NCBI GenBank assembly: GCA_003568945.1
Contig: BDIP01000008.1
Location: 1-51,157, forward strand
Source: Kipferlia bialata
Taxonomy: Eukaryota
DNA: 51,157 nucleotides
Reading direction: 5' to 3'
Part shown: piece after piece, positions 11,391-24,800 of the stretch
Numbering within the stretch: position 1 is the stretch's first letter
Layout: each line of letters starts with the position of its first letter
The notes under the pieces: generated by a model
Told to the model about the DNA's origin: nothing
Databases searched by the model: none
The model's input: the letters and a program-made list of their open reading frames with translations, nothing else
Translations under genes and position numbers: made by a program

Positions 11391-13388
11391 AATGGAATCA
11401 CACTTATGATAAACCACTACCATGCGTAGCCTACTAAAGTATACATAGGGATATGAGTACACATAGTATCGATAGAGATCCACAGCCGGTGGAATGAGCA
11501 CCACAACATAAGAGTCATTAAACTCCCCGTCAGACTGTACTAATACAACCACAACAAAAGCAGTGTCAGAACCCAGAACGTAAAGGAACAATGAAAGGAT
11601 TGAAGTGACCCACCTGGTCTTATACTGTGAGTGTCGCTCACCACATGCTCCATCCTAAACAACTGTACGTCACATGGCTCGACCCCAACCTATCGATAAG
11701 TGACAACCATGCTTAAGTCCATTAGAGCTGGATAGAAGGATGGCTGCACTTTGACAGCTTTACACGCCTATTGCACCACTCAGCGATACCTTGACCGAGG
11801 CTGCCTGAACAAGGTCTCTATAACTGTCTCCTAGACGGTCAATATGGCATTCGCAACACTGTAACTATCAAGTAGCACTCGATACTGATAGTAGGACCAC
11901 AGGCGTATTATAGGATACCTGGCTTAACGCTCAATGCAGGAACGGACAGGTGCACAGGAATATACTTCTTGGATCGATCATCACCCGGAGACAATAGGTC
12001 CCGACTGTCCATAAGGAGTCTATAAAGAGACCAGTTCTGCTTCAGTGTTAGAGCATAGGTAGTTACTACTGAACAGAAGGAGTTTTTGATTCCTGGACCC
12101 TTTTCCGCTCTTGGTCCAATCTAGACCGTGATAGTGTGAGCCCCCACGTTTCTGGTCTGTTCCTTCAGTAGAGTAGGTGTTCTGGGGAAATACTGCTCTC
12201 GGCTGATTCTTCTGAGCAGCATGGGATGCTACCAAGTCAATTCTGACCCTAAATACAGGAAACTATGGTTAGTAATTGTGATGAGAACTACTATCGGTGT
12301 ACTAGAACTACTTTCTGTTTAGAGTGAGCTATATACACTTCTGATACTGTGGATCATAAAGCAGTATACACTAGTCTGGAATCTGCCACGCGTAGTCTTG
12401 GCTGCCCCAATATGACCATCTACGGTGTGATATCCGTAAGAGAACCATTTACGGCAGAGTTACTGCGTCAATATCATCAACAGTAGCGTTGTTGACGATA
12501 TAACCATTGTCCTAAGACAATACCCAGTTGTTCTATGTATTTTACCCTACACGTCCTACTTGGCCGAGACAGTTCTGTTGGGACATTTTGTCTATACGTT
12601 TCCAAACATTCACAATGATCTCTCCCCAGTGTCTCCAAGCAATGAACAGTCTGCCTTGATACCCAGTATCAGAGCATATATGTCACTGAATCATGCCAAC
12701 TAACCGACTACAGCTGTAATTGAACATCTGAGAGTCTCAACAGTAATGACCGGATTGTCTTGGTCGGTTGTAGACCTCATACTGACTCATTGCACTCTGA
12801 GTATGATACTTCAGTATATGTTGGCTCCAGCCTCAGCATGAGATTTCCGGAAGTGTCTTTTCACTCTCTACATGCCGAGCTCTGCACTTTCCGTGTAGAA
12901 ATACTATCATTCCAACTTTCCACATTCAAATATAGTTTTTGTCCTCAAACCCGCGACTCGTATGATTATTCGCCTATTGCATTCGTCTACTGCAATCGAA
13001 TCAGTGTCCCGATATCTGTAAATCAACAATGAATAATTCATCCAATATTGAGGGTGTAGCAAGTTCAGTATCTGACGGAGGTCTCGACCATGGGCACAAT
13101 TCCAGAGTTTCTATTCTACTGCAAAACTGCAGGGATTGTGAGTCGTAGACATTGATCAGCGAGTAAGGAACTAGCGTCTTCTATTCCACCTATATCTAAC
13201 TATTAGAGTTGTGCATGAGTTTTTGGACTACTTAGTCAGTGACAACCTGTCACCTAACACGCATTGGCAGTTCAACTATTACACAGCCTGAACCCTAGTG
13301 GAAAGAACTACTGCGAAGACACACATTCATAGATCATGGATTCACATGGTTTACTGAATAGAAATACATACATATAAACACTTATTGG

Positions 13389-15860
13389 TCACAGAAGCTT
13401 TGGAGTCTCTGCTTCCTGAACTCCAGCCAGGATATCTGGCCCCATCTCCACAAGGGACACGGACAGGGCGGAGGTCGTCTGAGTGGTGGGGAAGGGCGTG
13501 TAGCTGGATGCTGCCTGAACTGCTGGTACGTCCAATGAAGACACCTTGGTGGCACAGGACACAGGGACCGTTCCAATCAGACTACCCAGCATGTTGGTCA
13601 TGGGCACAAAGAGGATAGGGGTGGTGGCCGCCGGTTTCAACACCCGAGCTCTCTGGTGGGCGTAGATGTGGGGCATGGGGTAGGCTAGGGTGGGTACTGG
13701 CGTCACCACACTCCGCGGTGCAAATCTGGGAAGCGAGCTGGAGAGAGAGTCTGAGGAAACCAAAGAGGCCGGAAGAGACACAGAGATGCCACTGACTGGT
13801 GGGGTATCAGTGTCTGCGCCCGTGGACAACAAGTAGTCAGCCACAGGCCCCATGGCACTAGCGGCCGAGGTGGTCACAGTGCTCAGCCTGACCTCGGACG
13901 GTGGCTTTCGCTCAAGAGATGCAATCAGCACCTCCATGTTGGCCGACCCACTCGGCCGCTTCACGGGGGCGTTCTCCCCCTTCTTCCCCTTCTTGTCATC
14001 ACTCTCCTGATCCTTCTCTTCCGAGGTATCCGGGCCAACCGGCGTGGCCACATAGGTCACCCCCCCAGCGCTGAGTCTGTGCTGCGACTGCAGAGTGGGT
14101 GCGTACTGGACGTCCAGGCGGTGTCTGACCCACCCAGCCTTGGTCTTGAAGGCAGACCCCACGGGACCCCCCTCGCCACAGGACTGGAGCAGCTCTGGCA
14201 CACTGAGCACGGTACCAGACCGGGAGAGAGACGTGACAGCAAAGCGCTGCACGGCCCTGACCACTGCGCCTTCCAGTGCTGAGTGGAGGTGGGAGTGGAT
14301 CAGAGCCGGGGCAGTCTGGGCCATGAGGGCAGAGACAGTGTCGGTGGAGGGCACGGTCACAGGGGCCTTGACGGTATCCGCAGACAGGCCCAGGCCCTCA
14401 GCCGCATTCAGCACCGAGTTGGGCCATCTCTGCAGCGTTGGCGGGACCTCCTTCCTGTTCCCAGAGGCCCGAACGTTGCGCATCAGCAGCGTGTAGGTGT
14501 CACATACTGTAGTGAACAGAGTGCGTGCAGCAAAGGACTGGACCACGGCCACATCGTGGTGTATGGTAGGGAGTCCACGGCCACTGAGCATCCTGGCCCC
14601 GACCTGGGCACACGTGGGTGAGGGATGGCGAAGAGAGGCAGCAGGGGCATAACCGGCAAGCAGCCTCAGCCCAGTCTCATTTCTGGTCTGACTCGACAGG
14701 ACTCGGGATGAGGTCCCTGCCGCAAACAGCATGGGCAGGGTAGAGGCTGTCACGGCCCTCACACGCTGTGAGAGAGCCACCACAGCCGCCGTGGCAATGT
14801 TATAGTGGGACAGCAGGGGTGCCATGCGGGATATCCTGGTCTCAGTATGGTACAGGGCGCCACTGGCAGGCAGCACTGTGCCTGGGGGTGCCCTGACCCC
14901 AGAACAGAGCAGGGCCCCAGACAGCACGGCCTGGTTCCTAGAGTCGCAGGGTGTCACCAGCAACGTGGACACTGCTACCTCCTCGAGGGGCATGATGATA
15001 GGCGCCAGGGGTGGCAGGACGGTGACGTATCTGCCGTCAGGGCCCAGTCCCGACGTGGGTCTCTTGGGGTCCTTGGGCTGTGTGCTGGAGAGGCCGTGGG
15101 CATGGGGCCCCTCAGCGGTGTCTGCCGTATCCAGCAGCAGCCCTATCGTGGCCAGGTTGTTGTTGGCAGATGGGTTGGCCTGCATACGGTTACGCTGCCT
15201 TGCTATGAGACTATGTACATAATGGTTTGGCAGAGTCACATTCAGTCAATCAACCAACTCTCCATGGTCACATATACATCTAGGAACATAAATACATGTA
15301 CATATACTGACACTCATACCTCGCTACTGCCATTGAGCTGAATCCCATCTTGGATGTATTGCTCCGCAGCATCTCGCACGCCTGTGCGTTGTGTCCTGCA
15401 GAGTTGTCGGTAGGAACACCAACCGGAAGGCGGAACAGAGAGTCGGGGTGGCCAGGGGATGTCATCTTGAGCAGAGGCAGGGAGAGAGAGACCGCCGGGA
15501 TGGCGGCGTAGGGGTGCCTATGGAACGGGGACACTTCTTGAAGGGAGATGCTGGGGACCGGGGGTCTGAGCCACGGCAGAACAGGGCCGTTGACCAGCGG
15601 CACAGACGCCTCCATGAGCCGGGCCTGGTCCTGCACCACCCGCTGCACACTGCTGGATGAGAGCACAGAGTCGCTGATGAGGTGCACTCCTAAGGTGTCT
15701 GCCACGCACCCCCTCCTGGCACCCGTGCTGACTAGGGCCAGGTACAGCGCATACTGCGGCATCGCAAGGCATATCTTGGGGTCAGCAGCACTCAAGGCCG
15801 CCAATATCCTGTGCGCAGAGAGTAAGGTCCTGACATGCTTCTTGTGGGCCTTGACATGAG
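13389..15860 (-). other. Dynein C-terminal domain region, expanded by long insertions
   Basis: ICLAMPQYALYLALVSTGARRGCVADTL resembles FFNPQGFLTAxRQxxxRxxxxxxD. AVLSGALLCSG resembles GVYVxGLFLEGA. PTLAYPMPHIY...ILFVPM resembles PKxLFxxMPVI...YxCPIY. Confidence 0.6.
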
Positions 15861-18800
15861 GGAGTACATACAGGTGCCACATATGATATATAGACAGCAC
15901 AACACACTCTGCGCTACACATATAGCACAACTGGTTAGGGGATTACATCAACACACAACCAGAAGGAGACTAGGTAGGGGCAAGCGCACACAAGACATCT
16001 GGCCCCACTACTATATAATATACTTGCACTATACTGCACTATAATGGAACAGCTCACACGTTAGTAACACATAGTCGGTATCACACATACTTAGTAACAA
16101 ATACACACATAGTATACAGTGAGTATAGATCGTCAACGTGGAACAGTACCTGGGCCACCGCGCTCTTCTCAATGGAACTTGACGAGGAGGTCTCGGCAAA
16201 CTGCTTGGCGGTGTTACGGGCAGAGCCCCTGTCATTAGGGATCCTTATGCTGATACCCGGCTAGTACATATTTCAGTAACAGTATCTACATTGGATGATG
16301 CACATTTGAGTTCCTCCTCCCCCTACCTAGCCGAGTCTCTGCCTACACTCCTGGAGCTGCTCCTCGCAGAGTCCCGGTGGGACTGCAGACCCCGCTGGGG
16401 TGGGACACACGTATATGTACATACATGGGAATGAATGTACACACATCAGCCGTTAATGACATGCATTTGCAGAAATACCAACAGGGAGCACACTCTGTGA
16501 ATAGAAGTGTGTAGGTACTTACAAAATGTAACTGTGTAAAAGAACTGTGACTCCGTACCGCAGTCATCGGTTGCTTGTTCTCAACAGGCCCCGTTAGTGC
16601 ACCGCCTGATGGTTAGGACGCACATACATACAATGATAGTGCACATATCCCGCAACACCACACCAGAACACCACACTAGAACACTATATCCCCATTAACC
16701 GTACACACCGTACCCGTCATCGTGTTGACCACGAGGGAGGAGTCGACTGCGACCTTGAGGCCGACCAGGGCCGGGGTCGGCATAGACGCCCCAGGCACCG
16801 TGTAGGAACTGGGCACACACAGGGCCACTGTGCTGCTGGAGACTGCGCCCGCACTGCCTATGGCCTGGACATCCACTAGGGTCTCCCCGATCCTCTGCAC
16901 CTGGGGGGTCAGACTATATACATATATATAGTATCAGTATCATATATATACTATATACATATGTCAGGCAGGGGCAGGAGAGGACAGGAAGCTGCACAGC
17001 ATAGACACACCATGTAAAAAAATGCCAGTATTACAATTCCTAACGGGGACATGGACTACTGGCTGCATACCTGTCTTCCAAACTTGGCGAGGATCAGGGG
17101 CGACACCATCCGTAGTGTCTGCAGCAGGGTCTGGGACACAATGTGGGCGGAGAGTAGGGGCGACATGACCTTGGTGTCCACCAGTGACGGGCCCTGCCCT
17201 GCTGTCATACAATAGCACATGATAGCATATGATAGCATATGAGAGAGTAAAACAGAAGTGTAGACACGACTCAACATCCACCGAGAGTCCTTACCGTTGA
17301 GACACAGGACGTCTGGTATCTTTGTGTTGATGGCGAGAGCAAGGCTCCTCGGGGTAACCTGGGCGTACATACGCCCTGTGTCTGCCGAGGAGACAGGTGC
17401 CAAGGGGGGCACTGGGGACTGGATGGAGTCGAAGGTGGTGGTCTTGGCCACCAGATCTATACCCATGAGGCTGGAGACAGGCACGGGGTCTAGGCATGAG
17501 ACATACACGTACAAATAGACAGCATCACTTGACAGAATACATATATATATATATATATATGCATTCCATAATGGGCAGTCAGACAGAACACGCCGGATCA
17601 TTCTTCATCACCCACTAAGTGCGTACCAGCTGAGTTGAGGGGTCTGGTGCTAGTGCATAAAGGGTGTAGCAGCTGGAGGCACATGGACATGAACCTGCTG
17701 GATGGTTAGGAATGTCGAACTGTCAATATATACCTATACAAATATATACACACAAATATACATACATAAATATACAGTCGGTGGTTTACAGTTCAATACT
17801 CATCAAACAACTGCAGGCAGTTGTGCACCAATGGAATGAATAACGGTACCTGCTTTCGGCGTTGCTAGGGAAGGACAGTACGTTGCACAGTAAGCCTATG
17901 AGCTGGTACCAGGCTAGACCAGTTGTAATACCATCCTTGGGGGTGAGAGAGAGGGAACCAAAAACGCCATACTCACGTGGAGTGGTCGCTAACGATAGCA
18001 AGTGCGGTGTTACCTGGGACACTATCTCCTCTATGCCGGCTGTGAGCATCGCCGTGTCTGCCCCCGTCAGAGGCCTACCCACAGAGTGGGGCACGGCAGA
18101 GGGGACGGGGTCGATGGGTAGGGCCGAGGCCAGCAGAGAGTTGAAGAGACAGGGCAGGGTGACAGCTGGGACGTCAGAAGGCGTAACGGCGACATGATGA
18201 TAACCTCTTTTGATATCATATTTCTTTGAAGTGTTGGATAGTACTAAGCCCCCACCCGCCAGGAGCATGTGTCCCAAGACAGAGCTGTCGGGACGGATGC
18301 AGGATGTGAAGCTGTTGACAGCCCTGCTAAGTGTGTTCTGTGGCATCTTGCATAGAGAGTCGAGGGTGTTCTGTCTAACCCCTAGTATCAGTCAAGTGTG
18401 AGTGTCAGTACAGGCAAGTCAAGGCAGAAAGAAGAGGCGAAGGTATGTATGAGGTACTCCGGCTCACATCAAGTGTTCTAGCGCATATCCCCAGCACCCA
18501 CCTACCCCTCCTCCCACCAGGGGCCCCTCTAACAGGAGAGGTACCCTGTCGAGTAGCTTGCACACTGCCTCTGTGGGAGACATCCTCAGCACACTCCCTA
18601 GGGTGGCCACAAGGCCCCCCCTCTGTGAGGCATCTGCCTCTGAGTCCTGCACAGTCAGTATCAGTGTCAGTATCATATACATGGATGTATACATATATAC
18701 ATATCACACTGACACTGCATCTGAGTCCTGCACAGTCAGCCACGGGTCACCACCCAGGTATAGCGCGACAAGTATAGTATCAAACTTTCAGCTAGTATAT

Positions 18801-21800
18801 ACACATGATATACTCGTGGCGCCTGCAAGGTAACATCAGTAGTAGAAGTACCAACGGACCTGGTTGCTGATGATCTGGTCCACCAGGTGCGACACGTCCG
18901 TCTGATAGGAACCCCGCCCATCTATGCCCCTCACAGGTGACTGCAGGACTAGACGGAAGTCCGGGTGGACCGGCCGCTGTACGGGACCCACCGTGTCTGA
19001 GTCTGCCACTGTCTCCGCCGCATGGCCTCCCCTGTCGCCATGGGTATCTCCCCCACCGCTGTCAAGGTTCAGCAGAGGCTCCCACCAGTTGCCAAGCTCA
19101 GTGTTGAACGAGTCTGCGCTGGTGAACGGTTCCACGTTGAAGCCCCTCAGGGTATCGATGGTGGATGCAGGCAGCGTGAGTATCAGCGTGTGCCCCTTCT
19201 CCACGGCGACTGACACCGAGTACCTCAGCTTGGTCACATTCTCCAGCACAGACACACTCGTCACACACCGCTTCGCACCCCCGACGGCTGCGCCTGCCTC
19301 TCCGTCCTGAGATGTGGGCCGTGGCGATGTCTTGGCCGCACCACTCTTGGTCTGTGGGGTGGTATGGGACACGAGGGCACACCCAATCTCCGACGTGAGG
19401 ATGTCTGCAAGAGGTATGTTGCTTGAGGCCACAATGGCATGTCTAGAGCTCTGGGAGAGGGCCATCATGAGGGGAATGCGCCCTGTGGCGAGTGATGACA
19501 CCGTATCGTGTACATCCAATTCCTCGTCGGCTGAGGCTGACTGGAGCACAGCCTGCTCCGCCTCTGTGGGCACTGTCTGACACAGGCCAAAGGGGGCCAG
19601 GCCACTGACATACCCGTGGGTCTGGATGTCCAGCACAGCCTGCAGGGCCTGCACAGACCGATCGGGGCGGAACATGGCGACGCAAACAAGCCGAAGCATC
19701 GCCATCTCCTGAGGAATTAGAAATAGGAGCTTGGTGGGTAGAAATAGGTCAGGCATCCAGCTGGCTTGTTCTGCTGCACAGCTACTCTATACGTACCTCT
19801 GCGCCGAGTGTATATGTCTGGAGGGTACTGGCTGTGACGTTGGTCCCCAGGCCACTGAGGGACCTGGTCACTCTGGACGGGGCCTCGTCGTCTGAGTCCT
19901 CGGCCTGTGTCGGGCCTGGACATTAGGCAAACAGGGATAGGAGAGACCAAGATACCATACTGACACCCGTTCTCCACTATATCTGACTATACCTACTGCG
20001 GGGCATGTGCTTCCAGTGAACTCCGCCAGGGTGTGGAGGGACTTGTCTGGGATCGGGGCAGTCTCCGGGGTGGCAGACTCATACCACTGGAGGTTAGAGA
20101 GGGGCGCAGAGGTCAATTAAGAACCACGAGTATATTTAACTTACGAATCAAATATAGTGTTAGATACCTCAACCCAGGCCTGTTTGTCTCGTATCAGAGC
20201 CTCTGCAAGGCCAGACATACGGGCCACACTCCCACTGACCAGGTACACAACCTAAAGGTCAGAATTAATACTGAGTATCCACAGTCCTCGAGACGAGAAT
20301 CAGAGAGAGTAAATGAATCCGGAGAAGAGGAGGAGATTCCTGGTGTGACACTCAAATCACCCTGCCAAATTGACACCCTCACACTGACACACCTGTGTGT
20401 TGCTGACAAAGTATGGGAACTCCTCACAGACAGCTGAAAGGGAGGTGGTGAGGGCGCTGCTGTTGCTGATGGGGGGAAGAAGGTCCTCAGGGGCCCGCCT
20501 ATCTCTGACGCTAGAAGTACTGAATGTGAGATTTGGAAGACATGACCAATCCCTTTGAATTAGTATAGGGAACAAAAGATCCACTGAGACATACAGACAA
20601 GTAACCGCAAATGTCACCTGAGGGCCAATGGGTTACGGGGCACGGAGGACGTGGCCTGCAATGCCGCCAGACGGGGCACAGGTGCGCCGGAGTCAGACGT
20701 GGGGGGCTTCGGAAGAGAGTCAAAGGGAACACCTGAAGTGAATACAGTATTAACTCTGGATAGTGTGTCAATAAATCGACAGAACTTCACAACTATACCA
20801 TGAACACCCTGGCTACCTGCATGCAGTGACGATGTCTGTCTGAGGGGGGAGAGGGGGATCTCCTTGGAGGAGGGGTCCATTGACTGCATCAGGTCATGCT
20901 CGGTTCTTCCCTTACTCTGTCCTTTACCCTTGCCCTCGCCCTTCTTCTCCCGCTTGTCCTTACCAGCCTTGCCCTTGCCCTTTGGCTTTCCCTAATAGTA
21001 AGTCAGTCGACAGTGACGGCTAAGTCATTGTACAATCACCGTAACGTGCTCTCCCTACCTTGCCCTTGGCTCCCTCGCGCTGTGTCTTCCTGCCATCAGC
21101 CTCCTCAGTATCCGAGGCACTGCCGGCGTCCCTGCCAGGCCTGTGGAGCCAGGCCTCTAGGGTCACGGCAACACTCTCACGCCAGGCCTCGCTCTGGGCA
21201 CCCTCAGCGCCTGAGGCAGACCTGTGATGAGCATTATATAAATACCAGTATATACCAGGAGAGTGCAGGTATATATATATATTAACACGACACATGGGGG
21301 CACCGACTGGCACATGACACATGCCAGCTTCAACCAGTGTAATACAATGTGAGACTGAAGCATGGGTACTGATACCTTGCCAGTGGGAGAGTCCTGGCGT
21401 TGAGGAGGGCGGGGTTCTCAAGGGCCGACTCCAGCAATAGGAGCAGCATAGGGGATACCCCACTCCCGTTGTCACCACTGACAGGGCCCACATTAATGGA
21501 GAGCGCCTTGCGACTCTCGAGGCCGGTGGCTGGGATGAGAACCACATTATATAACAATTACCAGTACTATCATCCTCTCCCAAAGAGCCAGGGTAGATAC
21601 GATCATACGGAACTTTTCATACCAAGCACGGGTGCAAACACTAAGTATACTACTATACAGATATACTGGCGAGTACCCCCCACCTAGTGCCTGTGCATCG
21701 CTGGAGGGCATGACCGTGTCCATGAGCAGGGCCACCCCCGTCACAAAGGGAGTCACAAGGTGGGGGGGCAGCGCTGCGCAGATGGACGTGGTGAGAATTC

Positions 21801-24800
21801 TGGCGGTCTGCTTGGCAATCAGGGACATACGGCGCATAATCTGATGGTCCTGTGGTAAGACGCGATGGAACACGAGCTGTGTGCTATACCCCATCACCTT
21901 GAGCAGGGAGTGCCCCTCGGCATGGGACCCGAAGGTCTCGTCCAACACATAGCGCACAATCTCTCTGTTTCGTTAGACTGTATCATCCTATTGGTATATA
22001 CAAGCAAGTTATCCATAACGCATCCCGACCACCAGTCACGACCACCCACCTCACGTGTGCCTCAGATGTCACCACACAGTTGTCCTCCACGTATCCATCG
22101 CTGGTGAAAATGGCAATGTCATCGTCGGTCTCGCTGCTGCGAGTCCTAAATGTCTCCAGAAGCAAGGGGACTGCTCCACCTCGGACTGTATCACCCTTGC
22201 GCAGTATATCTCCCAGCACGGCGCTTGCGTTGACACAGTGCAGGAAAGACCTGGCAGCAAGGAAGAGAGAGGAAACCGGGACAAAGGCCCGTACAAAGCG
22301 TCCAATCTTAGCCTCGTGAGAGACAGTAGCCTGGCACTCTCTGATTAGCCTTGCAATCACGGTCTTGTCACTCTCCACAATGTCCCCCACACTGGCCACA
22401 AACCTGGCCCCGATGTTGTGCATGTCGTCCTGGGGCTCAGGCAGCGTCACGCCCTCTCTCTCTGCCTGACTGTCCGCGCTATCGATGCCCATGTTGCACA
22501 GGATGGCTAGCTCGCTGATCAACTCTTCCTGGGGGTCAGATGCGTATCGACACTGGCCGTCACCTATCACCCCTAGCAAGTCACCCACCTGAAGGAACAC
22601 ATGCTGTCTGTACAGAGACAGTGTCTTGCTGAGCACAGCGTCGCTTTGACCCTGAAGAGAAGGGTCAGTCACATATGCAAACTTCCGAGCAAGACTCTTG
22701 ACACCCTGAAAGGTAAGATAAAGGAGGTGACAGAATCAACCAATGGTAGCTGATTGCATGGATGTTTGAGAGTACCTTTGGGATCTTGGCACAGACAAGA
22801 TGTATTGGAAGGTCTAGGTGGACGTCAATAGGCTCGTTCACAACCAATATGATCTTGGAGACTTGGTTGTAGTAGGTGTCTCCCTCGACCTCGTCCTCAT
22901 CGTCATCGTCATCACCCAGGTTGCCAAGGGCACGGGCAACAGAGGCGTTTCTGGATCAGCAGAAGCATAGCATGAGACTAAATAGCAGTTGCTATTATAT
23001 ACCTGCTTTCCTCTGGGCTGGCGTCTTCCCCGTCGAGAGTGACCTCAATCTCAGCAGAGTCAGAGGTGATGGGCCGCTTCAATAGTCTCTTCAGCTGACC
23101 ATTCACCAGTCGCTGCAGAAGAACCTGAGGATAAACGACCCAGAATGCACTTACTACAATGTGTGTGGAGAGGATGTAAAGCAAGGTACGCGATTGAGAC
23201 CCATACCTTCAGAGCGTACCCGGCCTGAGTCTCTCCCCTTAGATCAACAGCTGAAACCTGAATATGAGTACATGATGAATATGCGAGTACTACAGTCTTC
23301 TCCAATACAACTCAAAATATGGTACAAAGTCCATTCATAATACGGATATCCTCATACCTTGCACACTAGGATAGTCCTGATGGAGAGGAAGATAGGAAGA
23401 GACGACAGGGACGAGGAGTGATCGCTGAGCAGGTCTGCGGCTGAGTCGTACATAGCGACGTGGATATCTGTGTTACTTAGCGGGGGGGACGTGCTGTCTG
23501 TGTCTGCTGCGGCGGCGTCTGCCTGTCTCTTCCGGGTCATGGCGGCAAAGCCATCCTTCTGCGACTGCAGCCAGCTCTGTAATGAGAGTCGATATGTAAC
23601 ACACATTTACAATCAGATATTATCCCAATATGAGTTGTAGTTTGCCTTCCCCTCAACTATTTGTTGCAGCGACCTGTCACCATACACATATAATAGTACA
23701 CACACATATACCTCCATGAAGCACTCTGTATCTGCTGCGTCTCCCTCAATCACAGGGACCAGGGGACTCATCAGCAGAGCGGCCATCTCTGTCATGCAGT
23801 CGTGCTCTCTGGCGTCAGGGGGTATTAGTACTGAGGGCATTCTCGAACAACAGAGAGAGACACTTACACTGGCACTCCCTCACCTTGGCACCCCCCCTGT
23901 GAATAGGTCCACCGGGGTGTTCCCATTGTACTCGTGCAGGACTGCCAGCCCAAACGACTCCGACAGCGTCTTGTCGTAGGTGGCGTCGGCACTCATGAAG
24001 GACGGGCTGAAGAAGGGCAGCAGGGGGTGCAGGTCCGAGTCGGTGAAGGCGGCGGAGACAGACCGCCGAATGTCGGGCAAGATTCCAACCCTGAAGGGTT
24101 AGTAGTCAGTGTCTATCCACAATGACCAGACGTGTAACATACCTCATCAACAGTTCGTTGAGCTGGGAGGGTTCGCCGCTCTCCCCTGGCCTGAGCATTC
24201 CAGATACCTGGCCTAGTCCACCCCTATCTGTCAGTACCATCAGGACCCAATAGGAGTCCAGAAACACATAATAAAACACCCATCATACTACAACTCAGGG
24301 AACCGTACCTCATCATCCCACTTTGGGATACATCAGAATATGTGGACGCAAACCGAGGGATCTCCAGTTTCGCCTTCGCCACGTCCACCTCGCCCAGATA
24401 CTCATCCTCATCTGCCACGCTATCGAGTAGGATACGACAGACCATGTTGTCAAGCTCTTGGACGTTGTGAGTGAGGCTGGGAGACAGCATTGTGACGGCT
24501 CTGATGACGGAGTGTGCAGCGGACGTGTCACTCTCCCGCACAAGCTGGCTGATGATACCACTCCACCGCTCCTCTTCCTTTGGTGTTAGAATCTGTATCA
24601 ATGACATGTGATGCGGGTGAAAACGAAACCATGTATACTAATACTCACCTTGGAAAGAGAGTTCAAGGTGCGAATGGCCCCACTTGTCTGCTTGTTCTTA
24701 AGGTCAACTAACTGCTCTAGGTGTTCCTTTCTACTCACAGCCAACCGGTGCTCCTCTACAGCGGAGGCTAGCATTGTCTCCACTCCCTGAAGCTCGACAT

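Noticed and set aside
12471..12501. 12-bp imperfect hairpin atatcatcaaca...tgttgacgatat
   Set aside because: A single short stem with a mismatch and no tRNA/snoRNA/snRNA hallmarks; plausible by chance
12300..13380. Intergenic stretch as a possible mobile element or RNA gene
   Set aside because: No terminal repeats, transposase/RT motifs or recognisable RNA structure seen
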